Of a stretch of 60,714 nucleotides of DNA, positions 34,730 to 44,330 are shown one piece after another; positions within the stretch are counted from its first letter, which is position 1; every line of letters starts with the position of its first letter. This DNA comes from Candidatus Staskawiczbacteria bacterium RIFCSPHIGHO2_02_FULL_43_16 (lineage in GTDB: Bacteria > Patescibacteriota > Minisyncoccia > Minisyncoccales > Staskawiczbacteraceae): positions 54,070-114,783 of the forward strand of contig MHOU01000012.1 in assembly GCA_001821935.1 (NCBI GenBank). Reading direction: 5' to 3'. A program made the translations under genes and the position numbers. The notes beneath the pieces were generated by a model that was not told the DNA's origin, did no database searches, and worked only from the letters and a program-made list of their open reading frames with translations.

Positions 34730-35821
34730 CTAATTTTTAACCAAATTATGCATAAAACGCTCGGCCGAAACTTCCCACGAAAATAACGATGCCTTTTTCC
34801 TACAATTTTCCCGGTTAATAGTCAGGCATTTCATAGCCGCTTTCCCTAGGTCGTCACTCAAAAATCCCTCCACGCCGTTTTCAATAATGTCTTTTGGCCC
34901 CATAACATTATAGGCCGCCACCGGCAAGCCACAGGCCAAAGCTTCTATTATGACTAAGCCGAAAGTGTCTGTCTTTGATGGAAAAACCAAGACATCTCCT
35001 ACAGAAAGCAAATTAACCAATTCTTTACCCTTTTTATATCCCACAAACATCGCTTCTTTCCGGTACTTCCCTTCCAAAGAATTCCTCAACGGGCCATCTC
35101 CAATGATAAGTTTGATCCCCGGCAGGCGTAATTTTAAAAATGCCTCTACATTTTTCTCCCTGGAAACTCTTCCTAAATAGATAAAAACTGGATGGGAAGA
35201 ATGGTATTTTTGCTTTACCGGCGATTCTAAATTCTTTTCAAACAATGCCGTATCAACTCCGATAGGCCAGACTAAGACGTGCAAAAATCCCCGTTGTTGC
35301 ACCTCTAACTTTAAACTTTCCGTTGCCACCATGGTTCCATTACTTGCATTATGAAACCAACACAAATAGGCATACCCGGCCATAGGACCATGATAACCGG
35401 GGTTACCAATCCGACGAAAGAAAAGATATATAGACTCAAGAAAAAAAAGAACTTGCAAGTGGAAATAATGCCTAACATAGTGACTAAAATTAGTATGGAA
35501 TGATGTAGTAAATTTGTATCCATTTTTTATACAAAGAGAGCGAGTACTAACACCAATGGGTCCTTCGGTAAAAATATGGGTATAATCAGGTTTTTCTTTT
35601 TTTATGATGTTCTTTATTTTAACGCGACAAAAAAGAGAGAATTTTATTTCAGGATAAAACACCATGGGCACAGAATAAAAAAGGCCTGGATGTATTATGG
35701 TTACATGAAAATTATTTTTTTCTAAAAATTCTTTCGTCTCCTCCACGCATCGCACCACTCCATTTACCTGCGGATACCAGGCATCGGTGCAAAGGATAAT
35801 TTTTTTCTTTTCAAGGTTCAT
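34730..35821 (-). CDS. Glycosyltransferase family 1 (GT-B, GT4-like)
   Basis: KIILCTDAWYPQVNGVV at the N-terminus. C-terminal LVFPSKTDTFGLVIIEALACGLPV carries the EX7E motif region. Confidence 0.85.
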   Translation of the reverse strand: MNLEKKKIILCTDAWYPQVNGVVRCVEETKEFLEKNNFHVTIIHPGLFYSVPMVFYPEIKFSLFCRVKIKNIIKKEKPDYTHIFTEGPIGVSTRSLCIKNGYKFTTSFHTNFSHYVRHYFHLQVLFFLESIYLFFRRIGNPGYHGPMAGYAYLCWFHNASNGTMVATESLKLEVQQRGFLHVLVWPIGVDTALFEKNLESPVKQKYHSSHPVFIYLGRVSREKNVEAFLKLRLPGIKLIIGDGPLRNSLEGKYRKEAMFVGYKKGKELVNLLSVGDVLVFPSKTDTFGLVIIEALACGLPVAAYNVMGPKDIIENGVEGFLSDDLGKAAMKCLTINRENCRKKASLFSWEVSAERFMHNLVKN

Positions 35822-36101
35822 GTCGATTGTACTTTAAAATTACCAAGTATAGTATGACCACACAAAAAACTGAAACTCCGTTTCCAAGCGCGCTATTGAA
35901 TACATTTGGATACAAAAGCTCTATATCTAAAATATTAAAATAGTTAAGCACATACACATCTTTTGAGATTACTGCGAAAACAAAAAGGATTAACATGTGA
36001 ACCATCGCCGAAAACAACATCAGCAAAAGTAGCGCATTAAGGTATTTATTGTCTACAATTTTTACATTCATCTTTATATTATACCATGAAAAAATTCCCA
36101 A
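35811..36101 (-). CDS. Small membrane protein, unknown function
   Basis: 96-aa ORF with two hydrophobic segments. Confidence 0.35.
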   Translation of the reverse strand: MGIFSWYNIKMNVKIVDNKYLNALLLLMLFSAMVHMLILFVFAVISKDVYVLNYFNILDIELLYPNVFNSALGNGVSVFCVVILYLVILKYNRHEP

Positions 36102-36146
36102 GCTAAAATGGAGCGTAGAGTGCCAATGGTGGTGACATTAATTGGT

Positions 36147-36833
36147 TTACTGGGGAGACTTGGCAATACCAAAAAGATACATTTTTATTGACCCCCAAAA
36201 GCCAGATATAAAAAAATGATACGGAATGAAAAGGGCGTTATAAAAACGGTCAATAAAATGGTTGTGTGGGGCTTTTTCAAACGAAATAATCGTATCAGCT
36301 GCTTTGGGATTTTTAACATTATTCGAGGTCATGAGTAAAAGATAGGTTAAAAACCGCACACCACCAAACCACCAGGCATCATGAAATGCCACCACTCCGC
36401 CATTTGAAAGCTTAGGAAACCAAGATTCAAAATCGTTTTTTACAGCTTCGTATTCATGGGCGCCATCTATAAAAATAAACCCGACTTGTTTATCAAAAAC
36501 TTTTGCCACATTCAGTGAGCTATCACGTATCGGTTCAACAACTTCAGCCACTCCATAGCTATGGATATTTTTTAAAAAATCCTCAAACGTATCCACTTTG
36601 CCAAACTGGCGCTGGTGTTCAGAAGATCCAACATGAGGGTCTATGGCATACACTTTTGCGTTCTTGCCATACTGGCTCCCAATACAAAGGCAGGTGGTTG
36701 ACCTTCCCTTCCAAGAACCAATTTCAACAATCGCATTTTTTGCCGCCACCTTTTTGGCGTTCTCAAAAAGAAACAGTGCCTCGTTTTTGGTAAGCCAGCC
36801 TTCAATGGATTTTATTTTTTCAAAATCTAACAT
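36147..36833 (-). CDS. Class I SAM-dependent methyltransferase (Methyltransf_24-like)
   Basis: AIVEIGSWKGRSTTCL and FIFIDGAHEYEAVKNDF. Confidence 0.7.
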   Translation of the reverse strand: MLDFEKIKSIEGWLTKNEALFLFENAKKVAAKNAIVEIGSWKGRSTTCLCIGSQYGKNAKVYAIDPHVGSSEHQRQFGKVDTFEDFLKNIHSYGVAEVVEPIRDSSLNVAKVFDKQVGFIFIDGAHEYEAVKNDFESWFPKLSNGGVVAFHDAWWFGGVRFLTYLLLMTSNNVKNPKAADTIISFEKAPHNHFIDRFYNALFIPYHFFISGFWGSIKMYLFGIAKSPQ

Positions 36834-36938
36834 GCATCAAATAATAAAATATTACTTGATTATATCATAAAAAATTCAATAAAAATGCCCCGGGAAAGCA
36901 ATAATCTTCCCGAGGCACTAAGTGAGTTTTTTATCCGG

Positions 36939-37499
36939 CTATTTCCCCTCCTCCTGCTCTAAGGGGTCGAAGTTGCCGGACGTAAAGTCAAGGACAACAC
37001 ATGGGACATAGAGCGGTATGGCAACAAGTGCCACCCATGTCACCACAGATAACCACGGGAGGTTGCCGGTGACGAACAAATGCCACAAGCATACCGCAAC
37101 GGCGCCAAATCCCGCCCCAAAATAGACCGAGTGCATCAGGCCAGCGACGCTTACTTTGCCGGCCTGGGGAAAACCGTAATCGGGCTTGTGTCTTTTGCCA
37201 AGGCACATCACGGTAAACCCGATACCACTTATGTCTCCAATAATCAGACCCAACCACAGATTGGTAATGTCAGCCACTACCAAGTGGCTAAAGGCGTTAA
37301 ATACCAGTGGTATGGCAAGCAAGTCGCCATAGGTCATAGTCCAAAACCCCCACGGCGCCAGAAACTTCTGCTCCGTCCCTGGAATTTTTGAGTTCCAAGG
37401 CGGCAAGCTTTTATCCAGTTGGGCAACCACATAAATGGCGCCCATGGCCAGTGTATTGGCCACCATTACCGTCACAAAAATCGGCCAAGAAAATTCCAA
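36939..37499 (-). CDS. Membrane protein, unknown function (GC-rich, SD-led islet gene)
   Basis: 186 aa with 5-6 TM segments. TTG start preceded by AAGGAGG at a 6-nt spacing. G+C is visibly higher than in the flanks. Confidence 0.5.
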   Translation of the reverse strand: MEFSWPIFVTVMVANTLAMGAIYVVAQLDKSLPPWNSKIPGTEQKFLAPWGFWTMTYGDLLAIPLVFNAFSHLVVADITNLWLGLIIGDISGIGFTVMCLGKRHKPDYGFPQAGKVSVAGLMHSVYFGAGFGAVAVCLWHLFVTGNLPWLSVVTWVALVAIPLYVPCVVLDFTSGNFDPLEQEEGK

Positions 37500-37580
37500 T
37501 CTGCACCTCCTTTGGGTTATCTGTGGCTATTGAATTTTCACGCGATACTATTTTAATTATAGCACCTGCATGGTTAAATG

Positions 37581-38597
37581 TCAATCACCAGCACCAAAAA
37601 GTCCTCTTGATTCATTCCATATTTCTGGCTTATTCTGTGTTTCTTTCAGCCAATACCACCACTCTCCCCCCCAAAGATAGTATTGCTCAATTCCCGTGCG
37701 TTTCGCGAACGCAATGTTTAACTTGAACTGCTCAAAATTCATTGATTTTTCTTGCTCCTCCAGGGGGACATTATAAAAAACTTCCGAATTCCAGGGCTCT
37801 GCCTGGTATTCTACCACTATTACCTTCTTACCGGACAAGGCCTCTGCAATACGAGCCTTGATTCCATAAAAATTTGGTGGGTAAGGATACGTCAAATAAA
37901 AACCAAAATCATCTGTCACATGGACCCATACTTTCCGGTACATGGTAATGCCAAGAATGTCACCAATCTTAGTGGCATCAACCCATAAAGATTGATCTCC
38001 GGTATCGGAAACAATGACCGGACGCGAAGGGTCAAGCTGTTTTATCAATGCCACCTCTTTTTTTAAAAATTCTTTGTCGTACCAGGGGCATTTACCAAAA
38101 TGAAATAAGGGTTCGTTTTCCGCCTGCCAGGCGATAATAGCAGGGCTATCTTTATATCTTTGAACCACCCGGGTGATATATTCCAATAACACATCCTGCT
38201 GGTCTTGCTTGGAAATGGTATCGGCCCACGAAGGAACATGACATTCGGGCCAGCGACCGGTTTTCATGCCCACCACGTAAATGATTTTGGCATTGTGGAT
38301 TTCCGCCTGGCGCACCTGCCAGTCAATATCGTTAAAATAATAATCTCCTCTCTGCCCCTCAACCCAATCCCACTGAGTAAGTAGCTTGATATTTTTAACG
38401 CCCAAATCTTCCAAAATGGCTAAATACACCTTTCTCCAGTCAAGCTTTAAGTTCTCCGCTTGCATTTGGGAAAAATTCACCCCCCAGGTAATATTTCTTT
38501 GCGGGAACCTGTAGACGAAAACCCCATACAGAGCAATAAAACAAACGGTAATAAAAATACATAACCATACCTTAATTTTTATTTTTGACTTTTTCAT
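37581..38597 (-). CDS. Membrane-anchored glycoside hydrolase, clan GH-A (GH5-like)
   Basis: N-terminal TM anchor. WQAENEP contains the NEP acid/base motif. A later EYQAEPW is a candidate nucleophile region. Confidence 0.5.
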   Translation of the reverse strand: MKKSKIKIKVWLCIFITVCFIALYGVFVYRFPQRNITWGVNFSQMQAENLKLDWRKVYLAILEDLGVKNIKLLTQWDWVEGQRGDYYFNDIDWQVRQAEIHNAKIIYVVGMKTGRWPECHVPSWADTISKQDQQDVLLEYITRVVQRYKDSPAIIAWQAENEPLFHFGKCPWYDKEFLKKEVALIKQLDPSRPVIVSDTGDQSLWVDATKIGDILGITMYRKVWVHVTDDFGFYLTYPYPPNFYGIKARIAEALSGKKVIVVEYQAEPWNSEVFYNVPLEEQEKSMNFEQFKLNIAFAKRTGIEQYYLWGGEWWYWLKETQNKPEIWNESRGLFGAGD

Positions 38598-39906
38598 TTT
38601 GAATTATCTTTTCAATGTTATACGTTCCCATTTTTTCAATTTCCACAAAGCCTTGCATGGCGACCTCCGCCAAATCTCCTGTCTCCAACATATCAAAAAG
38701 CCACTGATCAGTATACTTTGCATCTCCCTGATCAACACCGGCGCCAACATGCAAGAGCCATCTTCTATTAAAATCCTCTTGCGAACCCAATGGAGGAGCG
38801 ATAACAATAGGAATGCCCAGCCCCGCGTAAAACGACAATTCCGAAGGCTTGGTCATTAAAATATCCGTGGTACGCAAAGCTTGGTTGAACTTTTCAAAAT
38901 ACTCGCGGAAGGTTGGCGCCCACAACAAATGTAACCAGCCATCTAGTTGTAAATCGGCAATATGGCGCTGAAAATACTCCCCTAATTTTTGGCGCGTGCC
39001 CACCGAAATAATAAACCGTAATTCCTTGGCTTTGATTTTTTCTTTCAGGCTTTGGATAATTTGCAAAGCGATTTCTTTTTGGGCGCCGGCCCCGCCAATG
39101 GAGAACATGATGGTCAACGGGTGGTTTGGCATGGCTGGCAATGCTCCCAGGTTGGCCTTGATGAGCGGTGCGTACAGCCGCCGGTAACGGTCGGTAGGAT
39201 CAAGGTTTAGCAGGCGGTACGACACATCTTTTTTAACAATTTCCAAATTACGGCCAATGTTTTCTTTGGGCAAGGGATAACCGGTTAAGATGACATTTTC
39301 AGGCTTAACACCATAGAGCCCCAGCCGATCACGGGTCCAGTTGTTTGAGGCAAAATATTTTATCTCACTTTCTTTGGGGTTGAGCGATACCCATGCTCGA
39401 GCGATATCGGCATCACAAATCACACAGTAAATGGGAGCGGGGTACTTGAATTCCTCTGCCATAAAAGCCGGTGCAAAAAAGGTGGAAATAATCGGTACGG
39501 GATTTTTTGCCAAATTTATTACCAAATCGTGTCCCCAGCCTGTTCTGATAAACGAAAACATCATTTTCCCTGAAAAATTTGACTTTGACAAATCCCGTTT
39601 CGGGTAATACCCTACAATCCTTTGCAAGCTGTCATAAATCTTGTAAACCCTTTCCCCCATAAAGGGGATTCTCCTGAATCGTGAAATAAATTCATAAAAA
39701 GATCTGGTGTTATGCCAGAAACTCTTATCCTTTTTAGGAATTCCCAAATAGTTATTAGCATTAATAACCAACCGGCCCAGAGCAATATCCCGCAGTGGGT
39801 ACGCGGTTCGCTGGTGGCCGTAACCCATGTCCACCGCCACCACCCAGGCTTTTTTCCCCTGATTCAGGTCGAAGGGTTTTTCTGATTGTAAGTTATTATC
39901 AAGCAT
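38572..39906 (-). CDS. Putative GT-B glycosyltransferase (MGDG-synthase/UgtP-like)
   Basis: 444 aa with VVAVDMGYGHQRTAYPL near the N-terminus and a C-terminal Rossmann-like half. Confidence 0.4.
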   Translation of the reverse strand: MLDNNLQSEKPFDLNQGKKAWVVAVDMGYGHQRTAYPLRDIALGRLVINANNYLGIPKKDKSFWHNTRSFYEFISRFRRIPFMGERVYKIYDSLQRIVGYYPKRDLSKSNFSGKMMFSFIRTGWGHDLVINLAKNPVPIISTFFAPAFMAEEFKYPAPIYCVICDADIARAWVSLNPKESEIKYFASNNWTRDRLGLYGVKPENVILTGYPLPKENIGRNLEIVKKDVSYRLLNLDPTDRYRRLYAPLIKANLGALPAMPNHPLTIMFSIGGAGAQKEIALQIIQSLKEKIKAKELRFIISVGTRQKLGEYFQRHIADLQLDGWLHLLWAPTFREYFEKFNQALRTTDILMTKPSELSFYAGLGIPIVIAPPLGSQEDFNRRWLLHVGAGVDQGDAKYTDQWLFDMLETGDLAEVAMQGFVEIEKMGTYNIEKIIQNEKVKNKN

Positions 39907-39930
39907 AATGTTATTTTACCACAGTTATCT

Positions 39931-41469
39931 TTAACCTAAAAACGTGGGGCGTTGCTGGTTTTTTAAAAACTTGATCAAGACCGCCAAAATGCCGTAATAC
40001 CCCGCCACCCAGAGAAAAGAAATGTGTTCCAGGGTTTTTGTGGCCCAGGGCCCGGAAAAAAGATCCAGCATTTTTAAAACGTAAAATAAGATGGCCTGGC
40101 ACGGCAAAGAAAAAATAAATCCCAGCCATGCTGAAAAAACTCCTGCCACAGAAACGAAAAATCCGAAGACAGTCAGCAGTGGGATGATGGGCACCACCAA
40201 AAAGTTAGTGATGGGCGAAATGAGTGATACGGTGCCAAAATTATAGACAATAATGGGCAGGGTGATAACTTGGGCGGCCAGGGTTACCGAAACAATATCT
40301 AACCAGTATTTTCCGTGCTGAGCACGGCCAAGAAACCCCGCCCAGCGGGGGAAATGCTCTTTGGGTATGAATGTCAAATAATAATCAATTAACGGCTTAA
40401 TATGAATAATGCCCAAGGAAGCCAGAAAAGAAAGCTGGAAACTGATATCATGTGTAAGCAGCATCGGATTTTGCATGAGCATAACCGCGCCCGCCATGGT
40501 CAACACCCTGCCGCTGGTATTCTGCCTGCCCAAATTTCCGGCCGCCAGGCCCATGCACCCCATGATGGCCGCCCGTATCCCGGAAACAGGAAAACCGATC
40601 ATAATAATATACAGCCAGATTAAAACTATGGCAGCCCAAAATGCCCGGCCACGCCAAAACCCCAAGGCCAGCAGGGAAACCATGAGCATGGTAATTAAGA
40701 TGACAATATTGGTTCCGGACACCGCCGTAATGTGGCTGAGCCCGGTGGCGTTAAACTTATCTTTTAGTTCCCGAGGCATATTGGCATCATTGCCAAAAAC
40801 CACGCCTTCTAAAATGTTGCTTTGGGGTGGCAAGAAAATGGCGTTAAGGGATTTGACCAAGGTTTTTTTAACCCCTACGATTTTTTCGTAGGCAAATGAA
40901 ACCCCGTTAGAGGCGGTGCCTCTAACGGGGTGGGGCGAGGAAAGTATTTCTATGGCGGGAAAATCCATGACCGAATAAATTCCGTCTTTTGCCAGGTAAT
41001 TTTTATAATCAAAATCTAAAAACGCGGCTGGAGTTTTTAATTTTCCCGTCATTTGAATGGCATCTAAATACTTATATTCGGGATAGCGGTGGGTGGTCAC
41101 CAAAACCACACTTTTTACATCATCAATTTTTACTTTTAGCTTTTGGGAAGAGGTTTTTACCGCTGGCTCGGCCACAATAATCCCGGTCAAGGTGATTTTT
41201 TCCGGCGCGCCATTAAGTTGACTCAACCTATCACTAGCCATGGCAAACTCAGAAATTTGCAATCGCGCCACCCCCAAAACCAAAAAAATCAGGCAAAAAC
41301 CTGCAACCGCCGCCGGTTTTTTTACGAAAAAACCGGTGGCGATACACGCCACGCCCGCAAATAAAAATCCCCACAAAAAAATGCCGGGGATGGTTAAAAA
41401 TGATTCACAAAATATTCCAACGGCAAACGAAATGCAAAAGTAACATAATGCCTTGGAGGGCGTCATCAA
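39931..41469 (-). CDS. comEC: ComEC/Rec2-family DNA uptake channel (no metallo-beta-lactamase domain)
   Basis: Polytopic protein. The competence-domain signature ATGLSHITAVSGTNIVIL is present, along with a DUF4131-like OB region (LTGIIVAEPAVK...). Confidence 0.8.
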   Translation of the reverse strand: MMTPSKALCYFCISFAVGIFCESFLTIPGIFLWGFLFAGVACIATGFFVKKPAAVAGFCLIFLVLGVARLQISEFAMASDRLSQLNGAPEKITLTGIIVAEPAVKTSSQKLKVKIDDVKSVVLVTTHRYPEYKYLDAIQMTGKLKTPAAFLDFDYKNYLAKDGIYSVMDFPAIEILSSPHPVRGTASNGVSFAYEKIVGVKKTLVKSLNAIFLPPQSNILEGVVFGNDANMPRELKDKFNATGLSHITAVSGTNIVILITMLMVSLLALGFWRGRAFWAAIVLIWLYIIMIGFPVSGIRAAIMGCMGLAAGNLGRQNTSGRVLTMAGAVMLMQNPMLLTHDISFQLSFLASLGIIHIKPLIDYYLTFIPKEHFPRWAGFLGRAQHGKYWLDIVSVTLAAQVITLPIIVYNFGTVSLISPITNFLVVPIIPLLTVFGFFVSVAGVFSAWLGFIFSLPCQAILFYVLKMLDLFSGPWATKTLEHISFLWVAGYYGILAVLIKFLKNQQRPTFLG

Positions 41470-42386
41470 AATTTGGTAGCGATAACGGTAATTTTTATTT
41501 CTCCTTTTTTGAGCGAAGCGTCTTTCACCGCCCCGAAAATAATCTGGGCTTGCGCCTCCACGTTTTCCGTTATAATTTTAGCCGCTTCCTGAATTTCCTG
41601 CAAGGTAATGTCACTGCCCGAAGCATTGAACAAAACTCCCTTGGAGCCTTTGATGGAAAAATCCAACAGGGGTGAAGAAATAGCCTGGGTGGCGGCTTGA
41701 ATCGCCCGGTTTGAGCCATGAGCGCGGCCCACGCCAAACAAGGCCCGGCCGGAATTTTTCATAATGGAAATAAGCGAAGCAAAATCAACGTTAATGATGC
41801 CGGGTGCCAAAATCAAATCGGTGATTGACTGGACCGCTTGCTTGGCCACGTCATCGCAAATTTCAAAAGCATTGGAAACCGTGGTGGTTTCATCAATAAT
41901 TTTAAGCAAATTGTCGTTGGAAATAACCAGCAATGAATCTACTTTTCCTTGCAACTGCCTGATGGCATTGTCGGCAATTTTTTTGCGCTCGGCGCCCTCA
42001 AAAGAAAACGGGGTGGTAATGACCGCCACGGTTAAAATTCCCAGGTCATGGGCGATTTTAGCAATAACCGGCCCGGCTCCACTGCCGGTCCCCCCGCCAA
42101 AACCGCAGGTGATAAATACCATATCCAGCCCCTTGAGCATTTCGGTGATTTCCTGGATGCTTTCCTGGGCCGCCAGTTCCCCTTGCGTAACATCCATGCC
42201 GGCGCCCAACCCCTTGGTGGTATTTTTGCCGATCAACAACTTATGTTCAACATGGCAAAAATGCAAGGCCTGGGCGTCCGTGTTTACTGCCACCAACTGG
42301 ACTCCTTTTACATCAAATTTTGCAATCCGCGCAACGGTATTTGACCCGCTCCCCCCAACTCCCACCACCTTGATTCTGGGATTCAT
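41466..42386 (-). CDS. ftsZ: Cell division GTPase FtsZ (short, 306 aa)
   Basis: GVGGSGSNTV and the tubulin signature GGGTGSGAGPVIA. Confidence 0.95.
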   Translation of the reverse strand: MNPRIKVVGVGGSGSNTVARIAKFDVKGVQLVAVNTDAQALHFCHVEHKLLIGKNTTKGLGAGMDVTQGELAAQESIQEITEMLKGLDMVFITCGFGGGTGSGAGPVIAKIAHDLGILTVAVITTPFSFEGAERKKIADNAIRQLQGKVDSLLVISNDNLLKIIDETTTVSNAFEICDDVAKQAVQSITDLILAPGIINVDFASLISIMKNSGRALFGVGRAHGSNRAIQAATQAISSPLLDFSIKGSKGVLFNASGSDITLQEIQEAAKIITENVEAQAQIIFGAVKDASLKKGEIKITVIATKF

Positions 42387-42391
42387 TTTTA

Positions 42392-42476
42392 CTAGGGTCT
42401 AGGGTCTAGGGTCTAGGGTCTAGTTAACGTACGTAACGTTTTTTTACTATACCCTATCCCCTATACCCTATCCCCT
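42392..42476. repeat. TAGGGT-type palindromic hairpin repeat, copy B (abuts ftsZ start)
   Basis: (ctagggt)x4-ctag arm, core ttaacgtacgtaacgtttttttact, inverted arm ataccctatcccctataccctatcccct. Confidence 0.8.
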
Positions 42477-42481
42477 CACCT

Positions 42482-43720
42482 TTATGGAATAAAAACGCGA
42501 AACATCCTCCTAAACTTCGGCAGCCAGCCCTTCAGCGCCTCCATGGAAAGCCCCAATACACCCTCTTGGTGAATGTCATCAAAATAGGCGCTTCCCATCA
42601 CCAATCCCGCCACCGTGGCCAGCGCCGGGTCTTCCTCAAGCCCCAAAATACCTTTAGGAATGCCAATTTGGACGGGCAGTTTCAACTGCTGTTTAGCCAA
42701 GTCTTTTATTTTAGGTAATTTGGCACCGCCGCCGGTCAGCACAATGCCCCCCGGCAACAGTTCGCTCCGGCCAATGGATTTTAACTCTTTTTGCATTAAG
42801 TCCAAGATTTCAGAAACCCGGGGCTCAATAATGCCAACCAATTGTTTTTTGGTAAAGGAAAGGGAATGGGCGCCGTCCGATACTTCCAGCTTCTTTTTAG
42901 TGGCCCCGGATTCTTTGCCGCTTTTTTGCAATATGCAGGAACCATGCTGTTTTTTAATATCTTCGGCAATGGAAACATCGGTGCGCAAACCAATGGCAAT
43001 GTCATTGGTAATATTGGCCGATCCCAGCGGAAAAATGGCCAAATGGATCAAATCCCCCTCTTCAAACACGGCCAGGCTGGTGGTGGCCGAACCAATGTCA
43101 ATCACCGCCGCCCCGATTTCTTTTTGCTCGCGCGTCAGCACCGCTTCGGCCGCCGCCAGGGGCGAAGGCACAATGTCATCAATTTGCAGTTTGGCGCCCA
43201 GCACCGCCTGGGTCAAATTGATAAAATATGACTGGAAATAACACAGTAAAATCACCTTGGCTTCCAGACGCACGCCTGTCAGGCCGATGGGCTGCTTAAT
43301 GCCGCGCTCTTCATCAATAATAAATTCTTTGGGAAACACATCCAAAATCTCTTCGTTTAAGGGAATGTTAATGGCCCGGGTTGCTTGCAGTACCCGGTCG
43401 CGGTCTTCTTCGGAAATAATATGGTCGGCGCGAGAAACAGAAATCAAGCCGTCTGAAGGCGTCACATGCAAATGGCTGCCGCCAATATTAACCAGCACAG
43501 AATGTATTTTTTGGCCGCAATCTTTTTGGACCCCATCCAACAGCAATTGCAAATTTTTGGCGGTTTCTTCGGGGTTGACCACCGCACCGCGGCGCAGGCC
43601 AAAGGAAGGCATTTTAACATATGACAAAACTTCCCATTCGCTTGCCCGCTTTTCAGCCACCAAGACCTTGATGGTGCTGGTGCCAATGTCTAAACCGGTT
43701 ACAATGTGACCCCTTGACAT
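42482..43720 (-). CDS. ftsA: Cell division protein FtsA (actin-like ATPase)
   Basis: GLDIGTSTIKVLV, VIDIGSATTSLAVF and VLTGGGAKLP. Confidence 0.9.
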   Translation of the reverse strand: MSRGHIVTGLDIGTSTIKVLVAEKRASEWEVLSYVKMPSFGLRRGAVVNPEETAKNLQLLLDGVQKDCGQKIHSVLVNIGGSHLHVTPSDGLISVSRADHIISEEDRDRVLQATRAINIPLNEEILDVFPKEFIIDEERGIKQPIGLTGVRLEAKVILLCYFQSYFINLTQAVLGAKLQIDDIVPSPLAAAEAVLTREQKEIGAAVIDIGSATTSLAVFEEGDLIHLAIFPLGSANITNDIAIGLRTDVSIAEDIKKQHGSCILQKSGKESGATKKKLEVSDGAHSLSFTKKQLVGIIEPRVSEILDLMQKELKSIGRSELLPGGIVLTGGGAKLPKIKDLAKQQLKLPVQIGIPKGILGLEEDPALATVAGLVMGSAYFDDIHQEGVLGLSMEALKGWLPKFRRMFRVFIP

Positions 43721-43825
43721 GAATTTCTAATTTTTAATTCTTAATTTTATAAATAATTTCTTAATTTTTAAAAATTCAAGCATTAGCGCATTCTTTAAAA
43801 ATTAAAAATTGGAAATTAAAAATTT
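43721..43825. repeat. AT-rich simple-repeat imperfect palindrome between ybeY and ftsA
   Basis: gaatttctaatttttaattcttaatttt pairs with aaaattaaaaattggaaattaaaaatt. I count about 23 of 27 complementary positions. Confidence 0.6.
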
Positions 43826-44240
43826 ATTTCACCTTAGAAAAATAGTGCTCCTCCCTTTCCCGCATCCTATTTTCTTCAGATAGCGAAAGCTCATGGTCAT
43901 ACCCCAGCACATGCAGTATTCCGTGGATTAAGGTTTTGGCCAGTTCTTTTTTTAACGGCAACAGCGAATCTTTAGCCATGTCGCGCACCACAAACGGGCA
44001 AATCACCACTTCCGAATGTTCGTCTTTAAAATCGGATACTTTTTCAAAACTTAAAACGTCCGTTGGCTTGTCCTTATGGCGGTACTTTTTGTTAAGCTTT
44101 TGCATTTCCTGGGGACTGACAAAAGCCACGGAGACATGTTCCGTTCCCCTATTTTCACCTTTTAAAACCTTTTTTGCAACCCCTAAAAAAAACTTCTTAT
44201 CCACAGCAAAATTAGTAAGGTTGTTGATTTCAATTGCCAT
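43824..44240 (-). CDS. ybeY: rRNA maturation endoribonuclease YbeY
   Basis: HGILHVLGYDH zinc-binding motif. The start is at the ATG at 44240 (MAIEINN). Confidence 0.9.
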   Translation of the reverse strand: MAIEINNLTNFAVDKKFFLGVAKKVLKGENRGTEHVSVAFVSPQEMQKLNKKYRHKDKPTDVLSFEKVSDFKDEHSEVVICPFVVRDMAKDSLLPLKKELAKTLIHGILHVLGYDHELSLSEENRMREREEHYFSKVK

Positions 44241-44330
44241 ATCATTATATTCTACATTATTTATAAAATTACACAAAAAAGCCCCGAGATGCAATTAAAT
44301 CACGGGGCGGGCGCAAGTCCTGAACGGACC

